From positions 1,488,001 to 1,552,000 of the forward strand of contig JBHGNT010000013.1 in assembly GCA_043228905.1 (NCBI GenBank): a stretch of DNA of 64,000 nt, read 5' to 3'. This document shows, piece after piece, positions 1 through 13,729 of the stretch. The notes under the pieces were generated by a model that had not been told where the DNA came from, did no database searches, and was given only the letters and a program-made list of their open reading frames with translations. Positions within the stretch are counted from its first letter, which is position 1, and each line of letters begins with the position of its first letter. The position numbers were made by a program, and so were the translations under genes. This DNA comes from Azolla caroliniana. Its lineage: Eukaryota > Plantae > Polypodiophyta.

Positions 1-2420
1 TAGATCCTTTCTTTTACACACCTTTCCTTTGAAATTGGTGTTCACTGACTCAAAGAACTTCACAACGATCAATATTTCACTACTCAATTCATTTGGACAC
101 CACCTAAATCTAGTAGGGCCACAATCTTGACATAAACCCATGACACATTTATGAATATGGAAGATAACGTCAGTTTCTCTCGGACACAATATTGAATCTA
201 ATAAATAACTCATGGAAGAGATAACGTGCTCAGATGATTTACACTCCTCTTGCGGGCTTGATCGACAGATTGGGCACCCACATGTGCAAACTGTATTAGT
301 TAGGGATGCGCTATGGTGATGTAGTAGATTAACAGAGTCCTTCAGAAAACCCATCTGTACATGGTAAATGCAACAACATGTGTATCGATCCTTTAAGCGT
401 CTCACAAAGTGTGGCTTAAGAGACTCGAATGTTCGTAGTTGAACTTTGATAGTTGGATGCATTCGTTTGAACCTAATAAATAAATCGACCTACGTAATAA
501 AGGGGAATTAGTTATTCTCGTAACTAGCTAACTATCCTAGTAGCTAATTAGCTATTCTAGTAGCTAATTAGCTATCATGGTAGCTAATTAGCTGGTCTAG
601 TAGCTAATTAGCTGGTCTAGTAGCTAATTAGCTTTCCTAGTAACTAATTAGCTATCATGGTAGCTAATTAGTTGGTCTAGTAGCTAATTAGCGGGTCTAG
701 TAGCTAATTAGCTATCATGGTGGCTAATTAGTTGTCCTAGTAACTAATTAGCTATTAGGGTAGCTAATTAGCTGGTCTAGTAGCTAATTAGCTATCATGG
801 TAGCTAATTAGCTGGTCTAGTAGCTAATTAGCTATACTGGTGGCTAATTAGCTATCCTAACTAATTAGCTATCATGGTAGCAAATTAGCTGGTCTAGTAG
901 CTAATTAGCTATCACGGTGGCTAATTAGCTATCCTAGTAAGCTAATTAGCTGTCATGGTAGCTAATTAGCTTTCCTAGTAGCTAATTAGTTGGTAATAAC
1001 GAAATAGCTAACTAGCTACCATGATAGCTAACTAGCTACCAGTACAACTAATTATCTGGTAGTACCTAAATTAGCTATTGAGAATAGCTAATTAGCTATC
1101 ATGGTAGTAGCTATTGAGAGTAGCCAGTTACCTATGTAGTAGCTATCCTAGTAGCTAATTAGCTATCATGGTAGCTAATTAGCTTTCCTAGTAGCTAATT
1201 AGCTAGTAATAACGAAATAGGTAACTAGCTACCATGATAGCTAACTAGCTACCAGTACAGCTAATTATCTGTTAGTACCTAAATTAGCTATTGAGAATAG
1301 CTAATTAGCTATCATGGTAGTAGCTATTGAGAGTAGCCAGTTACCTATATAGTAGCTATCCTAGTAGCTAATTAGCTATGATGGTAGCTAATTAGCTTTC
1401 CTAGTAGCTAATTAGCTGGTAATAACGAAATAGCTAACTAGCTACCAGTACAGCTAATTATCTGGTAGTACTTAAATTAGCTATTGAGAATAGCTAATTA
1501 GCTATCATGGTAGTAGCTATTGAGAGTAGCCAGTAGTTACCTATGTAGTAGCTATCTTAGTAGCTAACTGAGGTAAATGTAACTGATAAGCTAATTAGCT
1601 GTTCTGCTAACTAAGCTAATTAAATTTCCGTGTAGAGTCAAAACAAATGTTGAGATAAATGTAAATACCTGAGGTACATCAAGAAGATGAATGGGATGCT
1701 CCTCGTATTGATTTCTTCCAACACGTTTCCTGCATAAATCCTTTTTATTGGGTGAAACCCTACTCTCATTAGTCCAAAACATTGTGATTACATCCTTGAT
1801 TTCAAATGTTATGGGTGTCATTGGCTTACATCTTGTAGTTAGCTTTAGTAGACTAGTTCCTTCACTCGAGGAAATTATACGGTTCATTGTATTGTACATT
1901 GTTTTTCTACTAACACCAATTACCTTAGATAGCTCATTGATGTTTATATCGTCAACATCACTATTAAGTAACATCATTAGACTAGACCTTTTTAAGACAA
2001 GATCAACTTCTGACCTACTCATGGATACGAAACTATTACGAAGATTATTTACTAAAATAGATGATATGTTTGCATTAAGACCATCACAATCAACTAAGTC
2101 CTTTATCAATGGATCATTACATATTCCATAAAGTACTACCTTCTTTTCTTCATTGCTGATGTGCTTGGTTTGAACATTGAAATAGTCTACAACCTTTCTC
2201 TCTATGATGGTAGTCGCATTACTTACATTCTCAACTAAACTATCCTTACCATTTTACTGAGTGTGGCTTTCGTATCTTTCAACAATTGACAATGTTTCCT
2301 TCTTTTTTCTGCCCAATAGTTTCGTATGGCTTGTTGTGTCCTGATAGCATCATCCCTATCCTTATGATCATTGAGGGGTAATTCTAAACACCCTTCTTCC
2401 CCTTCCATTTGGCTGGACAT
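1..2420 (-). pseudogene. Spliced Cys-rich putative DNA-transposon protein gene (family not assigned), degenerate
   Basis: ORF 1591-2109 ...HLLDVPQ ends at a CAG|GTATTT donor (1668). An acceptor TACGTAG|GTC (490) resumes in frame: VDLFIRFKRMHPTIKVQLRTFESLKPHFVRRLKDRYTCCCIYH..CTCGCPIC. Upstream piece 2235-2420 is in another frame. Confidence 0.55.
520..1620. repeat. ~20-bp tandem satellite with palindromic core TAGCTAATTAGCTA and a ~210-bp higher-order repeat
   Basis: Directly visible. The block TAATAACGAAATAG recurs near 995, 1207 and 1420. Confidence 0.95.
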
Positions 2421-2764
2421 GTTAAAACCCTAAATTTCCAGAAAAAAAAACAAGTATTTAAGATGGCTATGGGCAACAACAATACACAAAAATATTCCAC
2501 AATACACAAGATTAGACACAACAATACACAAGATAATGAATAGACAGAAAAGTTATTGCAATCCAAGACCGAATAGTAGAGGAGTTCACTCCGTTGGATT
2601 GAACAGTTGAGGAGGCGATCCAAGACCGACCAATGGCGACAACTGAGTGTAGAATGTTGCTGTTGGATGAGTGAACTTCGTCAAATCGAAATGTGGAAGC
2701 AATCCGGGACTGGACAGTAGCGGCAACTGAGTATAGAATGATGGCAATGGAGGAGAGAACCCCA

Positions 2765-3243
2765 TCAGATTGAACAGTTACCGATGATGCTTGGAACGCA
2801 CCTAGAAGGCACCTGAGAGTAGAGTGGCACAGAGAAGAGAACCTCGTCAGATTGAACAGTTACCAATGATGCTTGGAACGCACAGTAGCGGCCCCTGAGT
2901 GTAGAGTGGCAAAGAGAAGAGAACCCTGTCAGATTGAACAGCTCTTTGATGATGCTTGGAACGCATAGTAGCGGCCCCTGAGTGTAGAGTGGCACAGAGA
3001 AGAGAACCCCGTCAGATTGAACAACTCTTGGATGATGCTTGGAACGCACAGTAGCGGCCCCTGAGTGTAGAGTGGCACAGAGAAGAGAACCCCGTCAGAT
3101 TGAACAGCTCTTTGATGATGATTGGAAGGCACAGTAGTGGCCCCCGAGTGTAGAGTGTCACAGAGAAGAGAACCCCGTCAGATTGAACAGCTCTTTGATG
3201 ATGCTTGGAACGCACAGTAGCAGCCCCTCAGTGTAGAGTGGCG
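2765..3243. repeat. ~83-bp tandem repeat (about 6 copies; degenerate units back to ~2590)
   Basis: TCAGATTGAACAG...GATGATGCTTGGAACGCACAGTAGCGGCCCCTGAGTGTAGAGTGGCACAGAGAAGAGAACCCCG repeated. The ORF track shows 83-nt offsets. Confidence 0.95.
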
Positions 3244-3699
3244 GCAGGTGGACTCGATAAGGTTTAGCAACAGTGGTAGCAACTAACCCACAATACTCAA
3301 CTAGAGATGGCCTACATGATATGGCAAAGGATCATACATAATGGACCTAGGAATTCGATATATAATTTATGGTACACATTTATGGTGCACACATCAATTT
3401 ATGTTGCACATTTATGGCACTCATTTACATATGTAATTAAAACACTCTAGTATTTTCAATGGTAGTTTTTTGCATACTTAATTTATTAATGATGGCTTTT
3501 TACTAAAATGACTATTTATCAATGGTAGCTTTTTGCATAGCTAATTAGCTGTGTCAAGGACATAGCTAATTGTTTCCACTCGCATGCTTTTACCCCAACC
3601 CCAAGTTGTAAATCTATCCCCATATGTGCTCTTAGAGTGCACATTTTGTGATAGTGCCCCAAATGAGGAGCAGCTATTGTGCAACTCGACCATATGGGT

Positions 3700-6056
3700 C
3701 GATAAGGTGTCAATCTAGGAAATCGTAGATGCGTAGGAAAACATAGGACACAACGTATTTAGGAAAGAGCGAAGTAGGCTAATAGGATTGGCTAATCAAG
3801 TCAAGTAGAATATTTTGTGGGCAAGTTACGATTTACGTAGTCTTGAAGTATGTGCCATTGACTTCAAGATAAGTACTATCTAGCACTAGCTTGTGTCTAG
3901 GGAGTTGGGTCATATTAAATGACAAGTTAGTTGACAGAAAAGGAAAGACTTGGGTAGTTGCATTCAAGAACCAACATGAGACCCAAGAGACGGAAGATAG
4001 CGAAGAACCGAAGGTCAAAGCTAATACATGCGACGAAGAGAGAAGCACAATCAAGGTTTGCTCAATAAAGAGGGTCAATGGGTACGAGGCCCATGAGTTT
4101 GAAGAGATAGCCATGGAAAATGATGTCAATGCGAAGATGGTGAATGGCCATGAAAATCCTTTCCCCACGCCCATTTTGGAGACTTGGGCATTAACCGATG
4201 TAAGACCCAAGAGATGGAAGCTGATGGCGTGGAAGCAAAGGTCAATGCTAAGTCAAACAACCTTAAGATGGAAATGGCTAAAGGCAGCACGAAAAAGGCG
4301 GATGATGAAAATGTATGGATCCCTCCACACTCGTTCTGGAGACTTGGGCATTAATCAATGTAAGACCAAAGAGAAGGATAGTGATGGCAAAGAAGCAAGG
4401 GCTAAAGTTTATGCATGCAACAAAGAGTGTGAACAAAGTATGACAAGGAATGGCGTTGGCCAAGCGAGCCATGAGGATCCGAAAGATGTGATCAAAACAT
4501 GTATCATAGACACTAGTGTGAAGATTGTCAACTCTAACATGAGATTGTACCATGAAAGTGAACAAAGTGAGAAACATAGAGCATGGTCGCGTAAGAATCT
4601 TGAAGTGGACATGCACTTAAAGGTACTACATGGGGTATTCAATGCCATTATTCAAATTAAGACTTGTGGAGGAAGACAAAAAACAAAAATGCATGATGGG
4701 TCAAAGTGCCTTGAGAAAGGAGATGATCGAGACAAAGGTGGAACATTCATGAGACCTAAATGGTTATCCTCAAGAAGAGAACAAGGGACAATGACAACTA
4801 GTCATGGTAAAACAAAGAAAAGTGAATGATATAGTGGATTGGGCAGTGACAATGATTCGAGTGAAAGAAATGGACATGATCAAAATAGAGGAATCGTACT
4901 GATTACCGTCACCGAAATCTCACGCTCTCTCTTCTTGGCACATACTAGAGGACGTGCGGTTTGGTGGGGGTGAATGTCGTGAAGATTTTCGGCAACGATG
5001 TGAAAATTGCATGGAATGTACAAAATCAAGTGTGGTTTTTTACACACAATATGGAATAATAATAGCGACAATACTATTTTATATTAGTTTAATATATTGG
5101 TACGGAAAGATGGATATCTTCAAGAGCTTCCGAATGCACTTTACTACATTTGAAACAGACAACTAAATGTCAAGTTATGTGAGTGTGAAGTTTGAGAAGA
5201 AGAAGAAGAAGAAAACAAAACTGTGAGATATCCCACATAGATAGGACAAATCAGGATCCCACATTATATAAGTAGAGCCAGAGCTTATTATTTTTGTTTA
5301 TGTTTGGAGAATAGAATGTTCAAGGTGACTTGGGCTAAACTACTTGTAATGATTTTGGGGAACCAGGACCGGACAACAACGGAACCAAAATTGGGACCGG
5401 ATGAACGGCGACGGAACCGAAACCGGAAAGGACCGAACGGAATACGGATTGAACCGGTCAAGACCGGACAGATGGATCGGTCGGGTCAGTCGGATAAGTT
5501 GATCGCGACGCACGATTTCTTGAACATTTCGGTGTGAAACGAAAAAACCAAGTCATTTCTTTAAGTTATATTTTTATCATTATACTTTCACATGTAAATT
5601 CTCATACATAAGAGCTTGAATGAGTGACATGGTTATCATGCAACACATGTAATGCATCAGCGCCAAATGGAAAACATGCATCTCATGCATTACATGCATG
5701 TCTTGCACCCTCACATGCATCATATGCATGGGTGCATCTATAAAAGAGGGGATGAGGAAGAAAAAATAGAGCTATGTATTAATCAAGAATTTAATAAGAA
5801 GAAAATTCGTTATCCAATTGATGATATATCTTGTTCCTCAAATCTAAAGGTCCAGGGTTCAATTTTAATCTCTCTCTCTCCATTTCAATCTCTTTCAATC
5901 TAAAGTCAATCGTTTTATCTTATCTCGATCAATCTCTCTCAATCTATCTTAAATACTTTCTTGCTAAAGGTAGTACAAACTTCAAATCCTTCTGATCCGA
6001 AACCTCGGCGGTTCCGCCTCACGATCCGCACGTAGTGACGGATTTTTTTCATGAAA
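3700..6056 (+). mobile_element. 3' part of a non-autonomous Ty3/gypsy element (internal region, PPT, 3' LTR 4975-6056)
   Basis: PPT GGTTTGGTGGGGGTGAA followed by TGTCGTG. The LTR ends CATGAAA before GCGT. Internal 4500-4960 is similar to 61370-61750. Confidence 0.7.
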
Positions 6057-6152
6057 GCGTGAGTTTAATAATGAGCATGAAGCCTTGGTGATAGAAAACA
6101 ACTCCTCTAGAGGAAGAAGGCATACTCGGGGTCCACAAGATCACAAAAATAA

Positions 6153-6412
6153 TGTAAACGTTCCTTATACACAACTCTCGGCCACAACCGAGCTTAGAAT
6201 CATACACAGAAAAAACGGGAAATAAAAACGACACAATGGAAGAGAAGAGTGCGCAGGATGTTTACGTGGAAAACCCAAAGAGGGAAAAACCACGGCAGCC
6301 CACAGGCTGCAAACTATCACTAGGTTAGTATGTACAACAGTGAGTTCACGGAGGCAACGACCTCGTGCTCACTATCTTCGCCACAGGCGGCGGTTACAAT
6401 AGAGGCAACAAC

Positions 6413-6470
<58 letters not shown>

Positions 6471-6873
6471 ACACTGTTACTCACTCACTCTATTCTTGCA
6501 CCAACAAGAATGACAACCACTACATCCTAAAAGTTTGCCCTAAGTCATATTTATACTAATATGACTTTTCAGCTATTTACAAATATAGCCTCGATGGACT
6601 CTCAGAAACATATTTACGAATATGTCTCTTCATCCGGTTCTCACCGGGTCTGTACCATCCGGTTCTCCGGAGCCGGGTACTCCTCATTCGGTTCATACCG
6701 GGTCTGCAACATCCGGCTCTCCGTAGCCGGGTACTCCTCATCCGGTTCATACCGGGTCTGCAACATCTGGCTCTCCGTATCCAGGTCCTCCTCATACGGT
6801 TTCGGCCTCGGCCGAGTTTGTTCATTAGCACTGTTCTTCTCCCTTCCCATCCGGAGGGACCTGTCTCCCAACA
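6153..6873 (-). mobile_element. Solo copia LTR
   Basis: TG...CA ends; homologous to LTR 63087-63611. It interrupts host sequence that is contiguous in the 36040 copy. Contains (CT)n and CCGG-rich ~45-bp repeats. Confidence 0.75.
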
Positions 6874-7499
6874 AGGGGAGGTCAAAATCTAGAGGTAGGA
6901 AAGACTTCAAGAAATATTTTTCATGTCGTTATTGTGGTGGTCCAAATCACTATGAAAGAGATTGTAGGAAGAATACGAGGGACCAAAAGAATGGAACCAC
7001 TAACGAAAAGAAAAATGACCCTATAACCGCCACATGTGATGGCGATGTTATTATTGTCCGTGATGATTCTTGTGATAGTTTAGCATGTCAACAAACCGAT
7101 TGGGTCATTGACTAGGGGGCCTCGTATCACATCACCCCAAATTGGGAGATGTTTGAGTCATATACCGGTGGTGACTTTGGTAAAGTCAAAATGTCCAACC
7201 ATGGTATGAGAGAGGTTGTTGACATAGGGGATGTACTCTTAGTCTCAGATATAGGTTGTAAACTTGTATTGAGGGATGTAAGGCATGTACTAGATATTCC
7301 ATTGAATATCATGTCCGCCGGTAACCTTCATGATGGGGAATATGAAAATTACTTTGGTGAAGGAAGATGGAAACTCACCAAAGACTCCCTAATCACAGCA
7401 AGCTGTCTAAAACAAAATTCCCTCTATCTAATGCAAGTTGAAATGTATCCGCGCGAATAATGGCATTGAATATAGGGGACAATTGGAGCAATATGACTG

Positions 7500-10400
7500 T
7501 GTTGAGAGATCAAGCTCAACTTAGTTTAGTTAGTCAACAATGTAACTTCGTAGTTACCTAGATAGAATCTAGTTAGAAGTGTTAACTATAACGCCTTAAA
7601 TAGGACCTTGTACTTAAGTGGGATATTCTAGATCCTCCGCTCCTAAGTACATTTAATATAGGACTTACACATTAGTACCTATATTCTACTCACACATGTG
7701 CACCTTTGCACATGAGATGTATATATACCCCATTGTGGGTATTTTTGTATTTGATGATGTTGAAGCTAACTTAATATACTTACTCATCCCCCATCTTGTG
7801 TTGTTCATAAGTATATCTCTCTCTCTCTATCTCTCTCTCTTCCTCTCACACACATACACACACATATCACATAATCTTCCACTTAACTTAATCACATAAT
7901 TAGGCACTAATTAACCCATACTTAATTACTTACCTAATTCTTAACATGGTATCAGAGCGTGTGGTTTAGAAAATCTACTAAGCCCACTCGACTCTGTGAT
8001 TGTGTGTTCGAGACGTCGACGACAAAATCCGGCTCGCTCCCTAGTGAAGACACAATCAACATGAACACACAAATGGGTAGCTCGCTCCCTAGTGAAAAGC
8101 TAGTCCGGAGCAATTATTCATCTTGGGAGTACAAGATGACCCAATACCTCGTCGGCCAAGGGTATTGGAGCTACATCAACGACGCTCAAGAAAATCGACC
8201 CGACTCAAAGAACGCCGACTACACAACATGGGAGCAAGCCGCGAGTTGAGTCATGTATTGCTTGGCAACATATGTCCATGACCACATGCTTAGCCACATT
8301 CAAGACGTCAAGACGCCTAAAGAAGCATGGGTGAACTTAAAGAAAATGTTCACCGCCAACACGACCGCCCAAAAGCTTCAACTCCGACAAGAGTTGAACA
8401 ACATTCGGCAAAAAGACATGTCTGTGTCGGACTACACCGCCAAGATCAAGAGCATTTGCAACTCGCTTGACTCTATCAAAATAAACGTCGACGAAGAGGA
8501 GATGGTTGAAGTATGCTTGGGAGGCCTCGCACAACGATTCGATCCATTACGGACAGCAATCTTGGCGAGAGAAAAACCTCCTTCATTCTTCGACCTCCAA
8601 TCAATGCTATTGGTCGAAGAGAACCACGTCTGAACCAAAAGCAATACGTCGGAAGGACAAATGTTCTTCTCGAATTCGGACAGTGGCCGAGGAGGAGGTC
8701 ACGGCGGTAGAAGAGGTCAATTCAACCCATCACACGAAGGGAACTCAAACCTTCACAGAAGCCATCGAGGAACCTTCGGAAGAAGGGGGAGCTTCCACGC
8801 CGAACATGGTCGGCAAATGAGGCCCGCAACTTGCAACTATTGTGGAAAAAGCGGCCACCGCGAGGAGGAATGCCGAAAAAGAAGAAGTGAGTCGGCTTCC
8901 ACAAGTCGACAACTCACGAATTACACCATCAGCTTGGAATACGATGATTACGGCGGAATGTTCGTAATGAGGCATAAAGCGAACTCTATGACGGCCTCAA
9001 ACTCCGCAAGCATCCCCAACTCGGAAGACGTGTGATTCGTCGATTCCAGCGCCTCACATCACATGACATGTCATGAAGAGTGGTTTCGTGATTTATTAAC
9101 GACGGATCGACCCGGCTTCATAGAGACAGGAGACGACACCATGCACCCCATTCGGCACATCGGCAATGTCCCATTCAGGAAAGAAGGCGAGCAAACTTGC
9201 ATCAAGAATGTCTTGCACGTGCCCACAATAACGAAGAATTTCGTCTCCGTTGGCCAAATCGTGGAGCAAGGCATGCAAGTCCACTTCAACAAAGAAGGAT
9301 GTTTCATCGAGAAAGATGGCCGACTCATAGGGAAGGGGCGGAGAGACGGCCGAATGTTCATCCTCGATTCGAACGAGGTGAAATCGGCAATGTACGCCAA
9401 AGGTCTCAAAACCGAGACAAGCATCGAGTTGTGGCACAAGAGAATCGGCCACATAAACCTCCAACGGCTTCGAGCAATGCAAACGAAGGGAGTCTTCATC
9501 CGACTTCCGACATTCGAGTCGAAACGAGTCGACCGAGTATGCGAAGCATGTCAACTCGGCAAACAACATTGACTCCCATTCCCGAAGGAGAGCTCCTCAA
9601 GAAAGGCCTCCTCGACGTCATACACTTGGATGTATGGGGACCAGCTCAAAGGCCGACGATTAGCAGATGCCGATACTACGTAACCTTCATCGACGACTAC
9701 TCCCGCTACACGTGGATCTACCCGATGAAGAAGAAAAGCGAAGTGCTCTTCCACTTCCAAAAGCTCAAGTGGCAAGTCAAAAAAGAAACCGGTCGGCACA
9801 TTCGATGCCTACGGTCGGATGGAGGCAAGGAGTAGTTCTCCGACGAATTCACCTCTTACCTCCAAAGTGAAGGCATTCATAGAGAATTCTCATGCCGACA
9901 CACACCCCAACAAAATGGAGTAGCCAAAAGGAAGAATCGGCAAATACTCGAGGTCACACGCGCCATTATGCATGAGAAGCACATGCCAAATTTCTATTGG
10001 GCCGAACCGGCATCCACGGTTGTCTATCTCATTAACTGATGCACCACTAATGGAGTGCATGAGCTAACTCCATACGAGCTCCTCGTCGAAAGGAAGTCGA
10101 TCATGTCGCACCTTAAGGTGTTCGGACGCATTGCAAATATTATAGATCTAGGTACTAAAGTAAGCTTAAGATAAGGATAAAGAAATGAAAGATAGAAAGG
10201 AGAGAGAGAAAGAAGGGTGTCGATCCACCCGACCACCCCCGAGCGAAGGGATCGAGACGGACTCGAGCCTCGATTGGCGTCCCATACCACCGCCGTGGCG
10301 TCGAGTCGTACCTGGTGCTGGCGCGCTCGCTACAAGAGTTGACCCACCACACGAGCAGAGTCTCGATGTCGTCAAAAGATTATCAAATGAGGGTAGCTAG

Positions 10401-11793
10401 GCCTCTTATTTATAGCGATACCCAAGGCCCCCAGGCAAGTTCACACTTGACCTAATGGGTTGTCTCAATCCCGAGGATTAAAAGTAATCCTCCCCTTCTT
10501 TACACTCTCGTTTAACCCTCACACTTATCCACGTGTATAGAATACTACGGTAAATTCTTACCACGGGATATTATATAGTCCTGCCCGTAACAGCAAATGT
10601 ACGCATCCTGAACGAACAACGACAGAAGCCCGACGCGAAGTCGGAGGAATGTATCCCCATAGGATACTCGTCCGAGAAGAAGGCGTACAAGTGCTAAAAC
10701 CCGTCGATGCGAGAAGTTCGCGTAAGTCGAGACGTAGTCTTCGACGAATACGCATCGTGGTACGCACCAGAGACCTCTTCGACTCCGACTACACTCGACC
10801 CGGAATCCGCTGAACAAGAGGTAGAAGATGGAGATCGTTTCGAACACATGTTCGAAGAAAGTTTGATTACGGCAAAGCCTAGTGGGCCACAAGAATCTCC
10901 ACGCGACCCAAGCACGTCGCAGCCAAGTACGAACTTGGACAAAGGCTCCCTCACTAGACAATGATCTTGGTGTACCCATCATGCGTACACCCGGAGTAAA
11001 GAAGGCTCTCACATCGGCGAGCGAAAAACTTCGACACTCTTCTAGAGAGAAGAATCCTGTCACTCGGCTCGGCTACAACGAGTATATGGCCCATCAGTAC
11101 GCCTTCACGATGAAGGTAGCGGCCGAACAAGAGCCCAAGAGCTCCACCGAAGCGGCTCATAACCCACGATGGGTGGAAGTAGCCGACCTTCGCCCACACA
11201 CTACAAGCCTTCGTCACCGGCTTGAGGGGGAGGACCTGAGATTGCCATGGCGAAAAAAGCCGACCTCGAAAGCCGACCTCGAAAGCCGGACAACGCCGAA
11301 AACAACGCCGGATGTCGGACACCTCACACTTGAGCTTGAGAGGGCGTGTTGAGAGATCAAGCTCAACTTAGTTTAGTTAGTCAACAATGTAACTTCGTAG
11401 TTACCTAGATAGAATCTAGTTAGAAGTGTTAACTATAACGCCTTAAATAGGACCTTGTACTTAAGTGGGATATTCTAGATCCTCCGCTCCTAAGTACATT
11501 TAATATAGGACTTACACATTAGTACCTATATTCTACTCACACATGTGCACCTTTGCACATGAGATGTATATATACCTCATTGTGGGTATTTTTGTATTTG
11601 ATGATGTTGAAGCTAATTTAATATACTTACTCATCCCCCATCTTGTGTTGTTCATAAGTATATCTCTCTCTCTCTATCTCTCTCTCTTCCTCTCACACAC
11701 ATACACACACATATCACATAATCTTCCACTTCACTTAATCACATAATTAGGCACTAATTAACCCATACTTAATTACTTACGTAATTCTTAACA
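7500..11793 (+). mobile_element. Ty1/copia element, LTRs 7500-7946 and 11347-11793, RT/RNase H deleted
   Basis: Near-identical LTRs, TSD GACTG/GACCG, PBS TGGTATCAGAGC (tRNA-Met). gag, knuckle CNYCGKSGH, protease, GAG-pre-integrase and integrase fragments, all with stops. Confidence 0.95.
10138..10592. mobile_element. Solo LTR-like insertion in copia integrase
   Basis: 5-bp TSD GCAAA on both sides; ends TAACA. The host sequence rejoins across it. Confidence 0.8.
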
Positions 11794-13729
11794 GACCGTA
11801 TGCATGGTATCAGGCTTGAGAGGAGTGTTCAGAAAACACCTCAGCACAATGGTCTGGCTAAGAGGATGATTAGGACAATTTGTGAGTGGATAAGATACAT
11901 GCTATCACACTCAAAATTGCCTAAATCCTTTTGGAGTGAAACAATGAGGACTGTAGTTGACCTCATAAATATGTCTCCATTAGTCCTTCCCTTTGGATGA
12001 TGATATAACCGAGAGGGTGTGGACAGATTAGAAGGTCTCATGCAAATACTTTACGCCTTGAGAGAGTTTGGTTGTAGGGTTTGTGTTCATGTCCGAAAGA
12101 TGAAAGATCCAAGCTTCATGTAAACCATGCATATTTTCAAGGATACAACCATGAGGAATTCGGCTATAGACTATATGACCTAGAGAAGAAGGTCATTAGA
12201 AACAGGGATGTGGTATTCCCTGAGGAGCCGAATGAAATGCCAAATTTCACCCCTATTTTTCAGTCACCAAATGTCCAACTCCTACCCTAGACACCCAAGG
12301 TCACGAGGGAGATGTGCAGTATGATGATACGGTTGATGATGTAGCCGATGATAATGATGGCTAGGATCATGATGATCAAATTGTAGGTGACTAGATAGAT
12401 GTCATTTTAGCATCTCCACCGGAGGTGGAAGAGGTGAGGTCTGTGAGATGAAGATGATCTTCACATGATTATGTGATGTTCTCAAATAGGGGAGAATTAG
12501 AAAACTTTGGATAAGCTTGAAATTTGCAATCAAAAAGCAAATCTAGTTATGCCCCCACTTGAGATGGAGGGGGAGAGTTTTTAGGTTTATCCACTCAAAT
12601 GGAGCCCACAATCGGTAGGTGGCTGAGAGCCAAGAGCCGTCAAATGACCATAATCTAGCAAACGACCGAGAGTCGACTGATAGCCGGTGGAGAGCTGAGA
12701 GTCGGCGGTCGACGGCTGGCCGACAAAGAGTCAACAAAGAGTCAAGAGTCGGTTGATAGCCTACAACAGGTTGAGCACCGAATTGGCTTTGGGCTAAAAA
12801 GGGAAAATATATAATTAGTTATAACTATATTAACATATACCTATTTACAAATATATACATATACATATATATGTGGGATATATATGTGTGGACATGTATG
12901 TGTGTATGCATATATGTGTGTGCGCGTGTGTATGTGTAGGAAAGAAGAGAGACATTGCACAAAACGAGACCAAACACATATAAAAGCCGTGGAGACACAT
13001 ACAGAGACATCGTGAATGAGACAGAGAGATTGAGACATCGAGAGAAAGAGAAAAACAGAGATAGCCTCTGAGTACAGAAACAACACAAAGAGAGACAACC
13101 AAGAGAGAAGGGTAAAACAGAGAAGTGAGAGAACAAAAGAGAGAAAAACAACAAACAAAGAGACATAGTACCTGAGTACGAGAGCAAGAGTGAGAGCGCT
13201 CTGTAGAAGAGAAGATAGAGATTCGTGAGGGGTTGTTCGTGGCACAAGAAACCCACCTCTCTTGTTCATCTGCATCAGGTTCCTTCATTCTGTGTTTTTG
13301 TCCTTTTCTTACATTCTCTACTTTCTGTTGGTTTATCCACCCAATCAGGTCAAGATCGTAGCCAAGGTTGTTGCCTTGAGGCTAATATATTTCCTCTAGT
13401 CAAAACCTAGAGAGACTATACTCAGTTGTACTTATTGTTGTTGTATCCACCCGATCAGGTGAAGATTGTAGCCAAGGTTGTTACCTTAAGGCTAGTACAT
13501 TTCATCTAGTCCAAACCTAGAGAGGTTGTACTCTATTTGTAAAATTTGTTATTCCATCCACCCCATTGGGTGAAGGTTGTAACCAAGGCCATCACCTTTA
13601 GGTAGATACATTCCTCTAGTGAAAATCTAGTATTCTGTTGTACTCAGATCATAGTAAAGTTGTTTGGAACCTAAGATTCATACTCAGATGGAGATGGTGC
13701 TAGAGATGAGCTTAGCTTGCTATCATCCT

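Larger units (their letters stand above)
6057..13672 (+). mobile_element. Non-autonomous Tnt1/Tork-like copia remnant (gag knuckle, protease, partial integrase, PPT, 3' LTR ~12580-13672), interrupted by younger insertions
   Basis: CRYCGGPNHYERDC knuckle, WVID protease, TPQHNGLAKR integrase, PPT GATGGAGGGGGAGAG; no RT. Inverted homologue at 34510-36150. Confidence 0.8.

Noticed and set aside
2765-3243. Regular repeats resembling a CRISPR array
   Set aside because: Whole units are repeated with no unique spacers, there are no cas genes, and the context is eukaryotic.
3891-4829. 312-aa ORF as a host gene
   Set aside because: It lies inside a non-autonomous gypsy interior just before the PPT and has no recognisable domain.
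12825-13288. Hydrophobic ORFs that look like membrane proteins
   Set aside because: Translations of GA/TA microsatellite-rich LTR sequence.
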